A DNA stretch of 64,000 nt from an uncultured Nitrososphaeraceae archaeon (GCA_963729045.1 CAVSMN010000014.1:1-64000), one strand, 5' to 3'. Positions 10,827 through 21,756 are shown, counted from the stretch's first letter. The notes: a model not told the origin generated them from the letters alone. Numbers and translations: made by a program.

Positions 10827-11300
10827 TTATTTTACTATTAGGATGGGACAATGAGCATAGGTAGAAATTCCGGAGGCTACGCTTCCTACTATTAGTTTTT
10901 TCCAACCGGATTTGCCTTTAGATCCAATAATTATTAAATTGATATTTTCCTTCTCAGCATATGTTAGGATACCTTCTACTATTGATATTACCGTAAACAC
11001 AACTTCAGTTTTAATTTGTACATTTCTTCCCTCGGCTTTCTTGTTTATTTCTTCAAACCATTTTTCTGCTTCTTGCTTTGCTTCAAGATTCAAATCATTT
11101 AAAGAACTTGATGTAATGGCTCCCGCTACTGTTTCCTTATGAAAAGCAAAGCCTGATTGTGAATACAAGACATGCAACGCTAATAGCTCACTTTTATATT
11201 TATCCGCTAGGTCCACGGCGTAATCAATGGCCTTCATGGAATTTATAGAACCATCTACGGGGATCAAAATCTTACTAAATATATTATTGTTCACGTTCAT
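10827..11300 (-). CDS. universal stress protein (UspA family)
   Basis: KILIPVDGS, IIIGSKG...GSVA...AHCPILIVK. Confidence 0.95.
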   Translation of the reverse strand: MNVNNNIFSKILIPVDGSINSMKAIDYAVDLADKYKSELLALHVLYSQSGFAFHKETVAGAITSSSLNDLNLEAKQEAEKWFEEINKKAEGRNVQIKTEVVFTVISIVEGILTYAEKENINLIIIGSKGKSGWKKLIVGSVASGISTYAHCPILIVK

Positions 11301-11527
11301 CTATGAAAACATTTTCCAACATAAAACTATTTTTTGAACGGTTTTGATTCAATAGTTAACATTAGATGTTTGTTTGTCAAAAAAACAGTCGGTTGTTAGG
11401 TAAATCTTAAAAATATTTTCTAATATTTTTTGAGATGACTATTACATTTTATATCTAACACTTGGTTTAAGTTGACCACTTTCCTGATAATAAAACTTAT
11501 ATGCGAAATTTAACAACAATCTTGTGA

Positions 11528-12556
11528 TTGCCAAAAACCTACAATCACATTTTTGTCACCTACTCTGTGACTAGCATTCTTGTATGTGTAATACTTTTAC
11601 TAGTCTCTTTTAATATGTCCTATGCCGTAGACCACCTGGAACTCAATATAACCGATAATCCCAGGGCTTATATCAAAAATTATTCATCTTATCTTGATGG
11701 AGATAATAACATCGTAATTATTGGTTCCGTTGCAAAGTCTGATTATCAGATTTACCCACAAAATGTTACCGTAGGTATCTTGGCATATAACAATATTACC
11801 GGCAGTCATGAAATCATTGCCGAAAAACCCTATAATTCAATATTGTCTAAAAATAATGAACCATTTCCTTTCAAATTCAAATTAAATTCTACTATTTTTC
11901 CTCTAGCAACAAGAGCTGAGCCATTTATTCTTGAGAGCGAAAACGTTAGTTTGCCTACCACTAAACTAAATACTATCAAATTGGACTATCCCGTAATCCC
12001 TCAAGGTAAAAATAAGGAATTATTCGGCAATATAACCAACACCAGTCCTATACCACTCAATAACATCACCTTGTTTGCGATTGTAAATGACAAAAATAGC
12101 ACACAAATAGACTCTGTAAGGACCTTTATACCTGTTTTAAAACCCTATGAAAAAGTACAGTTTTCATTTACACCAGATCCTGCTATAAAGGACAGAGTTT
12201 ATTTTTATAGTTGTGTTGGAGGTGACATCGATGATATGAAAATTGATGAATTTAAAATTGTCAATATATCTGCTACAAAAATATTAGGATATAAATTTTC
12301 AGCACTAGTTCAAATCGATTCGATGAATTATAATGATAGCAGTAAACAGTTTGATTTTGCAATAAACAATATCTATCCTTATCCTGGGTCACTATCTGTA
12401 GAATTAATGCCCATGCAAAATAATCCTGTCTCTATCATGATGGACGGATCACCTTACCAGGCCACAAACTTGAAAAACACTGATAATAAAACTGCAATAG
12501 AATTATCGATACCACAAGGTATCCATGATGTTGCAATATTAGACATAGAGGATTAA
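11528..12556 (+). CDS. secreted hypothetical protein with FxLYD-like Ig-type domains
   Basis: Signal/anchor helix; GNITNTS...NITLFAIVNDKN...ID pattern; many sequons. Confidence 0.65.
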   Translation: MPKTYNHIFVTYSVTSILVCVILLLVSFNMSYAVDHLELNITDNPRAYIKNYSSYLDGDNNIVIIGSVAKSDYQIYPQNVTVGILAYNNITGSHEIIAEKPYNSILSKNNEPFPFKFKLNSTIFPLATRAEPFILESENVSLPTTKLNTIKLDYPVIPQGKNKELFGNITNTSPIPLNNITLFAIVNDKNSTQIDSVRTFIPVLKPYEKVQFSFTPDPAIKDRVYFYSCVGGDIDDMKIDEFKIVNISATKILGYKFSALVQIDSMNYNDSSKQFDFAINNIYPYPGSLSVELMPMQNNPVSIMMDGSPYQATNLKNTDNKTAIELSIPQGIHDVAILDIED

Positions 12557-12559
12557 CAA

Positions 12560-12599
12560 ATAGTATCCAACATTTGAAAGGACTATGTTGGATGACTAT
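12560..12599. terminator. inverted repeat directly after the 11528..12556 stop
   Basis: ATAGTATCCAACAT (12560-12573) versus ATGTTGGATGACTAT (12585-12599), complementary with a one-base bulge. Confidence 0.4.
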
Positions 12600-13218
12600 A
12601 TTGGAAAAGGAAAACCCAAACCGGACTATTCCTATGAATTAATTGCCTGGGATGTATTTGTAACTTTGGCGATAAATGATGCCTATAGCCCATATAGGAA
12701 TGGTAAGATCAGGAGAACCGGCTTGTGAATATGAAACAAATGAACATAGCAATGTGGTTTTACCTCTAATCAACTCATTGTATCACATTTACATGGATGA
12801 TTTGTCTTTTAGAGATTCTATTGAAAGTGGGGTTCCTGAACATGGTTCTTTGGATAGTTCCAATACAAAGTTGAGTTAAAAAATGAAACTTGGATAAACG
12901 TGAAGCCTCTGATAGATTGAAGGATAAAATTTGCATTAATGAGTGATCAGCCTTTAATCTTGCGAAGAAACCCATTCTATACATTAAGACACTTGTTACG
13001 ATTTGGGCTTTCAAAATCCGACTGTATCTCAAAAATCACTAAAGAACCCGCCCAAATTATTGGGATGGACAATATTGGACAAATCAAACCTGAATTTATC
13101 TCATCAATGATAATATGAAATGGTGATCCTTTTTCATTACCAGCAACCATATCATGGAGATAGCTGAAGGCAATACCACTTATCAGGAGTAATTCTTAAT
13201 ATTTATAGAATTAAGTTC

Positions 13219-13767
13219 TTGATGATGATTGATGCAGAGTTTATTATTAAGAAATTGGAATTAGAGAAACATATCTCTGAAGGTGGATATTTTAAAGAAT
13301 CATATCGTTCCCCTGATAATATATCGAATAATGGATTTCATAACAAGAAACACGGACATAAGATTTCTGAAGAGACCACTCATCCTGAAAAAATACGTCC
13401 AGCTTCAACTTTAATATATTATTTGTTGGTTGGAAATCAATACTCCGCTATACATAGAGTCAAGAGTGATGAAATTTGGCATTTTTATTTGGGTAGTCCT
13501 GTTACCATTCATTTAATTAATGAAGACCATATTAGTCCACGAATTAAACTTGGCAATAATCTTGAAAACGATGAAAATATCCATTACGTAGTAAAAAAGG
13601 ATACTTGGTTTTGTGCCGAAGTAAACAACAAAATGTCATTTGCACTGATGGGCTGTACTGTTTCTCCTGGATTTGATTTTGAAGATTTTGAATTGGGTAA
13701 CAAGGATAAATTGATACTCCAGTATCCTCAACATAAGGATCTCATAGAAAGATTCGCAAAACAATAA
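13219..13767 (+). CDS. cupin superfamily protein (DUF985/Cupin_5)
   Basis: H.EGGYFKE, STLIYYLL, HRVKSDEIWHFYLG, GCTVSPGFDFEDFE. Confidence 0.92.
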   Translation: MMMIDAEFIIKKLELEKHISEGGYFKESYRSPDNISNNGFHNKKHGHKISEETTHPEKIRPASTLIYYLLVGNQYSAIHRVKSDEIWHFYLGSPVTIHLINEDHISPRIKLGNNLENDENIHYVVKKDTWFCAEVNNKMSFALMGCTVSPGFDFEDFELGNKDKLILQYPQHKDLIERFAKQ

Positions 13768-13929
13768 AACCGATATCAAAATTCTATTCTCCTATTACTT
13801 AACTGTGGTGATCCCTTAAAATGCGCGATATTTATGCTAAATGTTACTCATTGTATTCATAGCATTATATCAATTAAGTAATTTACTAAAATCTTGCACA
13901 GTTTAGTCGAATTGAATGGGTATCCTTTA

Positions 13930-15249
13930 TTATGAAGGTATAATTATTTCATATTTCTTTCTGCATAGTTTATGGATTTGCTCTTCGATATCTCTTGTTG
14001 TCGATATCATTTGTTCATCAAGTTCTTTTTTTTGCTTAGTAATCTCATCTTTAGTTTGATTTTCTAACATGATGATCCTCTCATCTTCTTTTCTCTCATC
14101 TTCTTTTCTCCTTAATTCGTCGAGGACTGCTATTTTGTCTTTGTCCTTTAATCGATCTACTCTTGAATCTAACTCTTTGATCTCAGCTTTAAATTTCGGT
14201 AATTCGTCTATTAGCATGTCAAAATATTGTAATACCTTTTTAGCATCTTTTAATACAATTTTATTACTCCTTACAGATTCTTTGATATCTTTTAGTAGTG
14301 TTATGTATTCTGACATATCTGGCTTGGAAACTATTTCTGAAGGTTTATTTACAATTGTATCTATTTTTTCTACCGTTCCTCTAGATAGTCCATAAGAATA
14401 TTTATTTGCCGCTTTTGTCAAACGGTTGGAAATTTCGTAGAGTTCATTAATAGATTTCTTTCTCTCCTTATCAATTTCCTCCTTTTCTTGTAGGTATTTT
14501 AAACATTTACCATAGTCTGAAGAGGATTTTATTGAATTAATTTCCTTTTCTCTCCTATCTTTTACTTCCTTAAGCTGTCTTATCTTTTGATCAAGATTTT
14601 TAATTGTGGTAGTAGCCTTATCAATTTCATCTATTTTGGAATGCATGCTTAAGAGGTTAGATCTACACTGTTCTATCATGTTTCTTTCCTCGGTTATCTG
14701 ATCATATTCGTCGTTTAATTTTTCAGAACTGTCACTTATTCTTTTTAATTCTCCCCTTAAACTATTTGCATGTTTTTTCATAAAGGTATTAACGATTCTG
14801 CTATGCGAGCTTGTAACTTCGCCGAATCTGTTTATTGACGCCTCCACTGATTCCCTGAATTTGATGAACTCTTCAAAAGTCTTGGGAATGGGTAAGATGT
14901 TGGAAGATTCGCGTTTTAATGCCCTTACAATGGTATTTTTTGTATTCTGCACTAAGGGCATCAGTTTTTCTTCTTCGGTATTAATGACTTCAGCGTCTAA
15001 ATCCTCTGCAATAATATTAATGTGTTGAAAGGCTAGATTCGTCTCCTCAAATGTTTTTTCCAAATTAATCAAGAGATTCTTAGTTATCCTTCCTTCACTC
15101 TTTTCTAACTCTTTTACAGCGTCCTCAATAGTAATTTTATTGTCTTGGGCTTGAACTATCGGTATTGTTGAATTTGCAGCACCACTCTTTTTATTACTTA
15201 ATTTTGAAATATCTTTGTCTTTTTTCTTAAAAAAATTAAACGAGGGCAT
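13930..15249 (-). CDS. long coiled-coil hypothetical protein
   Basis: 439 aa, Lys/Glu-rich heptad patterns, no Walker motif visible. Confidence 0.8.
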   Translation of the reverse strand: MPSFNFFKKKDKDISKLSNKKSGAANSTIPIVQAQDNKITIEDAVKELEKSEGRITKNLLINLEKTFEETNLAFQHINIIAEDLDAEVINTEEEKLMPLVQNTKNTIVRALKRESSNILPIPKTFEEFIKFRESVEASINRFGEVTSSHSRIVNTFMKKHANSLRGELKRISDSSEKLNDEYDQITEERNMIEQCRSNLLSMHSKIDEIDKATTTIKNLDQKIRQLKEVKDRREKEINSIKSSSDYGKCLKYLQEKEEIDKERKKSINELYEISNRLTKAANKYSYGLSRGTVEKIDTIVNKPSEIVSKPDMSEYITLLKDIKESVRSNKIVLKDAKKVLQYFDMLIDELPKFKAEIKELDSRVDRLKDKDKIAVLDELRRKEDERKEDERIIMLENQTKDEITKQKKELDEQMISTTRDIEEQIHKLCRKKYEIIIPS

Positions 15250-15541
15250 GAATCTATATTAATTTCGACAAAAATAAGTATATATGTTAACGGAAAAATC
15301 CGAATGTATATTTTCCGGACTATATTGGATCATAAACGGTTTTAAGTAGATAAGATATCACTCACTCATAACTCACTAAATCCTGATTAACGGTCATTAA
15401 TTCTCCTTTTTAAAATTCACTGGTTAACAAAAAAGACCTAATTGTAATAATTGAGTTAGCAAATCAATAAAATGGTTCAAAAACAACAATTCTTTAGAAG
15501 GGAAATTATGTTAGTCCTAAACTCGGAGTTATGTATGATTG

Positions 15542-16354
15542 TTATTTTTCCCTTAGATTTTGTCGTTTTTTTATTAGATCGTTCAAACAGTATCTGAAGG
15601 CAAGATACTCGAGGAGTAAACCTGTATCGCTGTCTGCATCTCTTGCCTTGTTTATAAGGACTTTGCAGGTTTTCGTCACTATGGGATGACCATTATTAAT
15701 AGAGTCTGCGATGGAAACGCATTCACGTAATAGTTTTTCTTTTAATAAAATAGAGTTTTTGGTTATCGGGTTATCCTGTTGTTTTTCATCATCGTTTAAT
15801 CTGACTATCTTATTGACGAGTTTTATTCTATATGCTTCGTCGGCGTCTATTATTTTTCCGGTATATATCAGTTCTTTGGCTTTTGAGATGCCTACTATTC
15901 TTGATAATCTCTGCGTACCTCCCCACCCAGGTGAAATTCCTATCTTAACCTCCGGTTGCCCTATTTTTGCATTACTGGATGCAATTCTCAAATCACAGGC
16001 CAGTGCTATCTGACATCCCCCGCCTAATGCAAAACCATTAATCGCAGCGAGTACAGGCTTGGCTAGCCCTTCAATTAGGTTTAATAGTTCATGAACATGA
16101 TTTGCGTATTGTATTGCTTCATTAGGAGACATCTTAATAACGTTGTTTAAATCTCCACCAGCACTGAAAGAGTTTAATCCTTCTCCTGTTAAGATTACGG
16201 CACAAATTTTCTCGTTGGTTTCACATAAACCAATCTCTCGCTTTAATTCTGTAACCAAATCGAAATTAATCGCATTATGAACCTCTGGCCTATTAATTTT
16301 GATTATACTGGTGCCTCCTCTTTGTTCGGTAATGGTGTATCTCATGTTCTGCAA
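15542..16354 (-). CDS. enoyl-CoA hydratase/isomerase (crotonase) family protein
   Basis: INRPEVHNA, FSAGGDL, AAINGFALGGG, GQPEVKIGISPGWGGTQRL. Confidence 0.93.
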   Translation of the reverse strand: MQNMRYTITEQRGGTSIIKINRPEVHNAINFDLVTELKREIGLCETNEKICAVILTGEGLNSFSAGGDLNNVIKMSPNEAIQYANHVHELLNLIEGLAKPVLAAINGFALGGGCQIALACDLRIASSNAKIGQPEVKIGISPGWGGTQRLSRIVGISKAKELIYTGKIIDADEAYRIKLVNKIVRLNDDEKQQDNPITKNSILLKEKLLRECVSIADSINNGHPIVTKTCKVLINKARDADSDTGLLLEYLAFRYCLNDLIKKRQNLREK

Positions 16355-16526
16355 TTAAATATTGTATTTTAATTGTTTAGATATTTAGATTATGTATATC
16401 TTTGATCTAATTATTTAATATTCAGTTTTTACTCTTTCTATTCTCTTTACATATCATAATACCTACTATTCATTCAACGGATCTGCCAACGACATTCTTT
16501 ATAACTAGCAGACAGTCAAAAATATC

Positions 16527-16895
16527 ATGTCTACAAATACCCAACAATTTGAAAATGAATCCTATTTGAATCTTGAAACTTATAGAAAAAACAATCAACC
16601 AGTAGTTACACCAGTTTGGTTCATCTTAAATGATAATGATATTTTTGTAGTAACTAAGGAAAAGACCGGAAAAGTGAAACGCCTTAAGAATAATAATGTT
16701 GTGAGAGTGGCTCCATGCAATTATAGAGGCCATCCAAAGGGGAAGTGGGTGACTGGCACTGCACATTTTGTTGACTCGCAGGAGAAAAGCGATATTCTAA
16801 AAATGAGAGATAAGAAATATGGTATCAAAGCAAAAATGGCAAACTTACTTAGTATGCAAAAAGGAAATTATGTTGTAATTGCAGTACAAGTTTGA
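16527..16895 (+). CDS. PPOX-class F420-dependent oxidoreductase
   Basis: YLNLETYRKN...TPVWF, TGKVKRLKNN..VRVAPC, KKYG. Confidence 0.9.
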   Translation: MSTNTQQFENESYLNLETYRKNNQPVVTPVWFILNDNDIFVVTKEKTGKVKRLKNNNVVRVAPCNYRGHPKGKWVTGTAHFVDSQEKSDILKMRDKKYGIKAKMANLLSMQKGNYVVIAVQV

Positions 16896-17248
16896 TATTT
16901 TATTACTGATTTTTTCAAACATATTGGTTTCCAGGGGTATTTGGGACAATCATATAAATAATCATCAATATAAATATCATTCAATCTTTTCATGACCCGG
17001 AATCGCAATTATGATTGATAATTGATTACAATATTCAGAAGTAATTACTATTTGAAGTGTTGGATTGGAAATTTCAATTAGAACGAGGATCCGTAGAGCA
17101 TCTAGGATCGCATCAGCCTAAAATTCGATTGTCATTTATTTGAATATTTAACATATAATTGATAACAAAAAATAAATATCATCACTAATTAGTAATCAGT
17201 ATATCAGAGATAAAAAAAGAGAAACCGGTAAGTTCTAAAAAAAATAGA

Positions 17249-17551
17249 ATAGAACCATTTGCAGTCGCAGACGAGAATTCTTTTGACGATTTACTAAAAA
17301 AACTCGATGAAGATGAGATTAAAATAATTGTTCAACTATATGTAATTAAACGAGGTAAACGAGTAACAAACATCAAGGGGTTTACCGATCAAGAAAAAAT
17401 GGAATCAATTGCTCATGAATTAAAAAAATCCATAGGTACAGGTGGAACCGCAAAAAATGGGATGATCGTATTGCAAGGAGATCATAGATCAAAGGTAACT
17501 GAATTTTTGTTGACCAAGGGTTATCCTAGAGAAGCTATAGAAGTAATTTGA
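17249..17551 (+). CDS. translation initiation factor aIF1/SUI1 family protein (start codon uncertain)
   Basis: Not in ORF track. Open frame 17189-17551 reads ...FAVADENSFDDLLKKLDEDEIKIIVQLYVIKRGKRVTNIKGF...IAHELKKSIGTGGTAKNGMIVLQGDHRSKVTEFLLTKGYPREAIEVI; the LK..GxGGT and LQGDHR motifs are diagnostic. Confidence 0.9.
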   Translation: MEPFAVADENSFDDLLKKLDEDEIKIIVQLYVIKRGKRVTNIKGFTDQEKMESIAHELKKSIGTGGTAKNGMIVLQGDHRSKVTEFLLTKGYPREAIEVI

Positions 17552-17758
17552 TTGAGAATACATATATACAATCCAATGATTTTTTTATAATATGATTATT
17601 GCCGCGTTAATTCCTTCTTTCTCATTAGATTTGGAGTGTGCTGACATTCTGATTTCCAAGATATAAGTAAACTATGTGCAATAAAGCTCCATGAGATTTT
17701 ATTGAATTTTTTGACAATTGTGTCATAGGCGGTATAGTTCAATATACCTCTTTTCTTA

Positions 17759-18754
17759 TTGATACTTATGCTCGACCATTTATCTACCAAAAGGATTGAT
17801 TGGCAGAAACCGAGGAAAGAAGGAATTACTTATATCGTAGATAAATTTCAAGGATTTGATAGTGCGAATTTCAGAATAATTTCTCCGCTAATAGACATTG
17901 TAAAAATTTATGGTCCACTGCCCCTCTTGATTTCAAACGATCAACTTATGGAACGGATAAATTTCTACCATGAACATGACATATTGGTTTCCGTTGGGAG
18001 TACACTCACAGAATATGCTTTGTTAGAAAAATCATTTGATAAATACATTGAAGATGCCTCAAAGCTGGGGTTTGACATCATTGAAGTAGGTGAAAATAAT
18101 ATTGAATTATCTCTAGAAAAAAAGAAACAGATTGCAGCTAAATTAAAGTCCAAAGACTTGGTGGCACTATGGAAAGTAGGAAAGAAAGATCCAAGAAGGC
18201 AACTTTCGTTTGATCAATCAATTACTAAAATTAATGAGGCAATAGAAGTGGGTTCAGAAAAAATTCTCCTTGAAGGTAATCTGGGATATGCCGTAGGCAT
18301 ATACGACGAAAAAGGGAATATTAAATGGAATATAGTTGGTGCAGTAACATCGAAAATATCTCCAAATAAGATCATATTTGAAACTCCTTTGGAAATTCAA
18401 CAGTCAGCAATGATTGCTGAATTCGGTCAAAGGGTAAATCTTGCTGAAACAAATTTGGAGAACGTAATATCCATTGAATCACAAAGAAAGGGATTCTTAT
18501 CCCGATCTAGTTATGGAATTTCCAGCATGAAAAAAATAGCCAAAGGCAGTCCAGCTACAAAGTTTATTTATTATATCATTCGAACTCGAAATTCTATGGA
18601 ACAAAGCGAATTAATTAATATTACTAATTTACCCCGTAGAACCGTTCAAACAGGGTTGGAGGAACTAAAAGAACAAGGACTAATTGTTGAAAAAACTAAC
18701 CTAGATGACGTAAGAAAGAAGATATATCATATAGTAAAAGATGAATGGATATGA
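17759..18754 (+). CDS. ComA (phosphosulfolactate synthase)-like TIM barrel fused to C-terminal winged HTH
   Basis: KPRKEGIT, GSTLTEYA, LGFDIIEV, VGKK, IIFETP, FGQRVNLA; C-terminal QSELINITNLPRRTVQTGLEELKEQGLI...DVRKKIY wHTH. Confidence 0.85.
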   Translation: MILMLDHLSTKRIDWQKPRKEGITYIVDKFQGFDSANFRIISPLIDIVKIYGPLPLLISNDQLMERINFYHEHDILVSVGSTLTEYALLEKSFDKYIEDASKLGFDIIEVGENNIELSLEKKKQIAAKLKSKDLVALWKVGKKDPRRQLSFDQSITKINEAIEVGSEKILLEGNLGYAVGIYDEKGNIKWNIVGAVTSKISPNKIIFETPLEIQQSAMIAEFGQRVNLAETNLENVISIESQRKGFLSRSSYGISSMKKIAKGSPATKFIYYIIRTRNSMEQSELINITNLPRRTVQTGLEELKEQGLIVEKTNLDDVRKKIYHIVKDEWI

Positions 18755-18856
18755 AATTAGGACAATCGATCAACATATCTATATACAAGATTTCCAATTT
18801 CGATGGAACATAAAACATTAAAAGGAAAGCGGGATGAATGTGAATTAATTAGATAA

Positions 18857-19237
18857 ATGGTGATAACTGGAATTGCTTCAACATCTGTATTTGTAAAAGA
18901 TCAGCAGGAGTCTTTGACCTTTTGGGTTGAAAAGGTAGGCTTTGAAGTTATATGTGATTTGGAATTGGAATCAAACTTCAGATGGGTGGAGATTGCCCCA
19001 AGATCATCGACTTCCTCGATTAATCTATATCCAAAATCATTAATTTCCAAAAAAGATCTAAAACCCATGCCCGTGATAATTTTTAGGACCGATGATATTC
19101 ATGGTACATTTAATAATTTAAAAGCAAAAGGAGTTACTTTTTCTCGTAATCCTTTAAAGTCTATTCTAGGAATTCATGCGATGTTTAAAGATGTCGATGG
19201 AAATGAATTTCTAATTCTAGAAAAACATAAAAATTGA
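18857..19237 (+). CDS. VOC/glyoxalase family protein
   Basis: VFVKDQQESLTFW..KVGF, RWVEI, FRTDDI...LKAKGV, FKDVDGN. Confidence 0.9.
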   Translation: MVITGIASTSVFVKDQQESLTFWVEKVGFEVICDLELESNFRWVEIAPRSSTSSINLYPKSLISKKDLKPMPVIIFRTDDIHGTFNNLKAKGVTFSRNPLKSILGIHAMFKDVDGNEFLILEKHKN

Positions 19238-19260
19238 CTTATCTGGTGATGAATTGAAAA

Positions 19261-19713
19261 ATGAAATCTTTTGAACAATCATTCAAGGTCAATTGTAGCA
19301 TAGATAAAGTTTGGAAGTTCTATACTGATATCAAGCATCTAGAAATAGTTACACCACCCAACCTGAACTTAAAAATTATTGAAACCTCCGATAAACAAAT
19401 TGTCAAAGGTCTCAGAATGACCATATCAGGCAGGTTATTCCTTTATAACAGCAAATGGAATTCAATAATATCTTTGGTTGATATATCTAAGCATATGTAT
19501 ATTGATGAAATGGTAAAAGGACCATTCAAAAAATGGAAACATGTACATCTATTTTCAGAAATTGGAGAAAATCAAACAGTTATTACAGACAAGATTGAAT
19601 TCGAATTGCCTTTTTTCTTTTTAGGAAAATTAATGGAAGGTTATGTAGAAAATAATTTAAAGAAAATTTTTGAATTTAGGAAAATTCAAACTGTGACGCT
19701 ATTTATCGAATAA
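19261..19713 (+). CDS. SRPBCC/polyketide cyclase-like protein
   Basis: VWKF...L..VTPP, YIDEMVKGPFKKWKHVH, IFEFR. Confidence 0.85.
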   Translation: MKSFEQSFKVNCSIDKVWKFYTDIKHLEIVTPPNLNLKIIETSDKQIVKGLRMTISGRLFLYNSKWNSIISLVDISKHMYIDEMVKGPFKKWKHVHLFSEIGENQTVITDKIEFELPFFFLGKLMEGYVENNLKKIFEFRKIQTVTLFIE

Positions 19714-19809
19714 ATCTGCGGGTGAGTAGGCATTATTTCCATCAGGCAAGATAGATAAACTACTAGTAAATATGATCGAAATAGAGAAAAATTAGGAAGA
19801 TTTTACTGC

Positions 19810-20935
19810 ATGAATAATACAAAAAATAAAAATATTATTTTTTATGAAAATTCATTGTATATGCCTAGTAAATACCAACCATTGTTAGTTGGTTCCTTTT
19901 TGATTTTTTCTTTACTTATTGCTAATGTGTCTATATCATACGCGTCAAATCCAATCTCTGCGATTAACTATAATGATTCCTCAGGTACTATGCAGGCATT
20001 AAAGAATTTTGCTTTATCCAAGATAAATGAGGATCGTGCAAAACATGCTCTTTCGCCATTATTACAAAGTAATAACACAGCTGCCCAAATTCACGCAAAT
20101 GAGTTATTACAAACGAAGACTATATCTCACATGAGCCTGGATGGGTTTAAACCCTACATGTTATATTCGTTGTATAATGGTACTGGCTATGTTCAGCAAA
20201 ACATAGGGCAAATAAGTTATGTACTTTCAAACAATGGCCAAAATTACTACAAAGCATCTGATTTATGTTATGATTTCAAGCGGTATTACTGTCCAGTCAC
20301 TTGATCAATACAAAGCAATTAATGATTTGGAATACTCCATGATGAATAATGATGAGGCTTGTTGCAACAATGGACACAAGAATAATATTTTAAACAAGTT
20401 TCATACCCATGTGAGCATTGGCATTGCATTTAACAAATATTATTTTGTCATGGTACAGAATTTTGAAAATCACTATCTAAGCTCCGATCTTAAAATCCTA
20501 AAAAATAATGAAGATATAATATTGGAAGCTAAAATCAATGATCAAAATAAATTTAATTTTGTCATAAATCATGTTTCGTTCTTCTTAGACGAATTCCCAA
20601 CCAAACTGAATTATGAAAAAAATAGAGACAAGAATAGTTATGATTTTGGAGATCTTAAATTAATGATATCTAAACCCTTACCATCAGACTTGCAATATAT
20701 TCAGGAAAAAAAAGATGATTCCTACAAGATAATAGAAGCAAAAAAGTGGGACTTGAGTAAGAATAATATTGACTTGGAATTTCAACTTCCAGATACTCTA
20801 AACACAAAAAACAAAATCTTGACCATGGTTGTTTATGCTCAGAACCTTGAAGATAATCCCGAAGCTAATCAAGATGAAAACTATCTTAATCCTGAATATG
20901 TTCCTTTAACATCGTACACTTTTTTTAACTATTAG
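19810..20935 (+). CDS. secreted CAP/SCP-domain protein; 1-nt frameshift at ~20300
   Basis: INEDRAKHALSPL, AAQIHA, ISH in first ORF; GHKNNIL...HVSIGIA...VQNF in second; rejoin as CPVIDQY by removing one C. Confidence 0.85.
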
Positions 20936-21152
20936 GATTCAAAAAAAAGCATTGGTACCAGACAACTGATCTATTGTTTACCATATTTCAATAATTAATT
21001 TTTACAAAAACATATACTACTCTTCTTCTTACTCTCCTTTTCATTGGTTTCGAATTGAAAGGATGTTGAATTTTATACTTTAAATCTAGATTTGATTTTT
21101 GATACGAAGATAGATCCAGACTCCAAGATACTATTTTAAAAATGTTTAGGAA

Positions 21153-21431
21153 TTAAGATTTGCCAAACTTGTGTATGGACAAAATCCCTGATAATAATCC
21201 TGTAAGTCTTAGCAAAACAACTTGATCGAATATTTCTTTAGTAAGACCTTGTAACTTTTCATCTTCATGTACATTAAAGTCTTTTTCATAGCTTCGTTCT
21301 ATCCATTGTAGTACTTTCTTATCCAAATCAGCAACGTCCTTATCTCCAATTGTCGAGATCACATTGCCTTCGATCAACTGTCTTATAAATTCAGTAACTG
21401 TCCAGTATTGGAATTCAATTAGTGGATGCAT
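21153..21431 (-). CDS. hypothetical protein
   Basis: 92 aa ORF with ATG start and protein-like composition. Confidence 0.6.
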   Translation of the reverse strand: MHPLIEFQYWTVTEFIRQLIEGNVISTIGDKDVADLDKKVLQWIERSYEKDFNVHEDEKLQGLTKEIFDQVVLLRLTGLLSGILSIHKFGKS

Positions 21432-21756
21432 ACTAGGTATAATAAATTTTGATATTTAACACTTCTGTTTTATACTCTGATTTTTACTTTGACTTGTATT
21501 TGGAAATATGAGAAATCTAATTTGAAAAACCGGATTCAAATTATAAAATCCTTTAAGAATTTTCATCTTTTTACCCAATTTGTCAATAAATAAATTGAGT
21601 CAATGCCGGTTGATTTAATTTTCCGGTAATAGTAAGGTATTTAACATCATTATTGTAGATACATTAGGAATGGATCTATCCTCAAATCAAAATTAAAGAA
21701 CTATATTGAATATTAATTCTTACTAAAATGAAAAAAGGGGGACGGATGAACTATAT

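Noticed and set aside
12676..13032. Short overlapping ORFs 12676..12879 (+) and 12775..13032 (-)
   Set aside because: No recognisable motifs, mutual antisense overlap; possibly decayed sequence.
13930..15249. SbcC/Rad50/SMC ATPase
   Set aside because: Coiled-coil only; no Walker A/B or signature motif.
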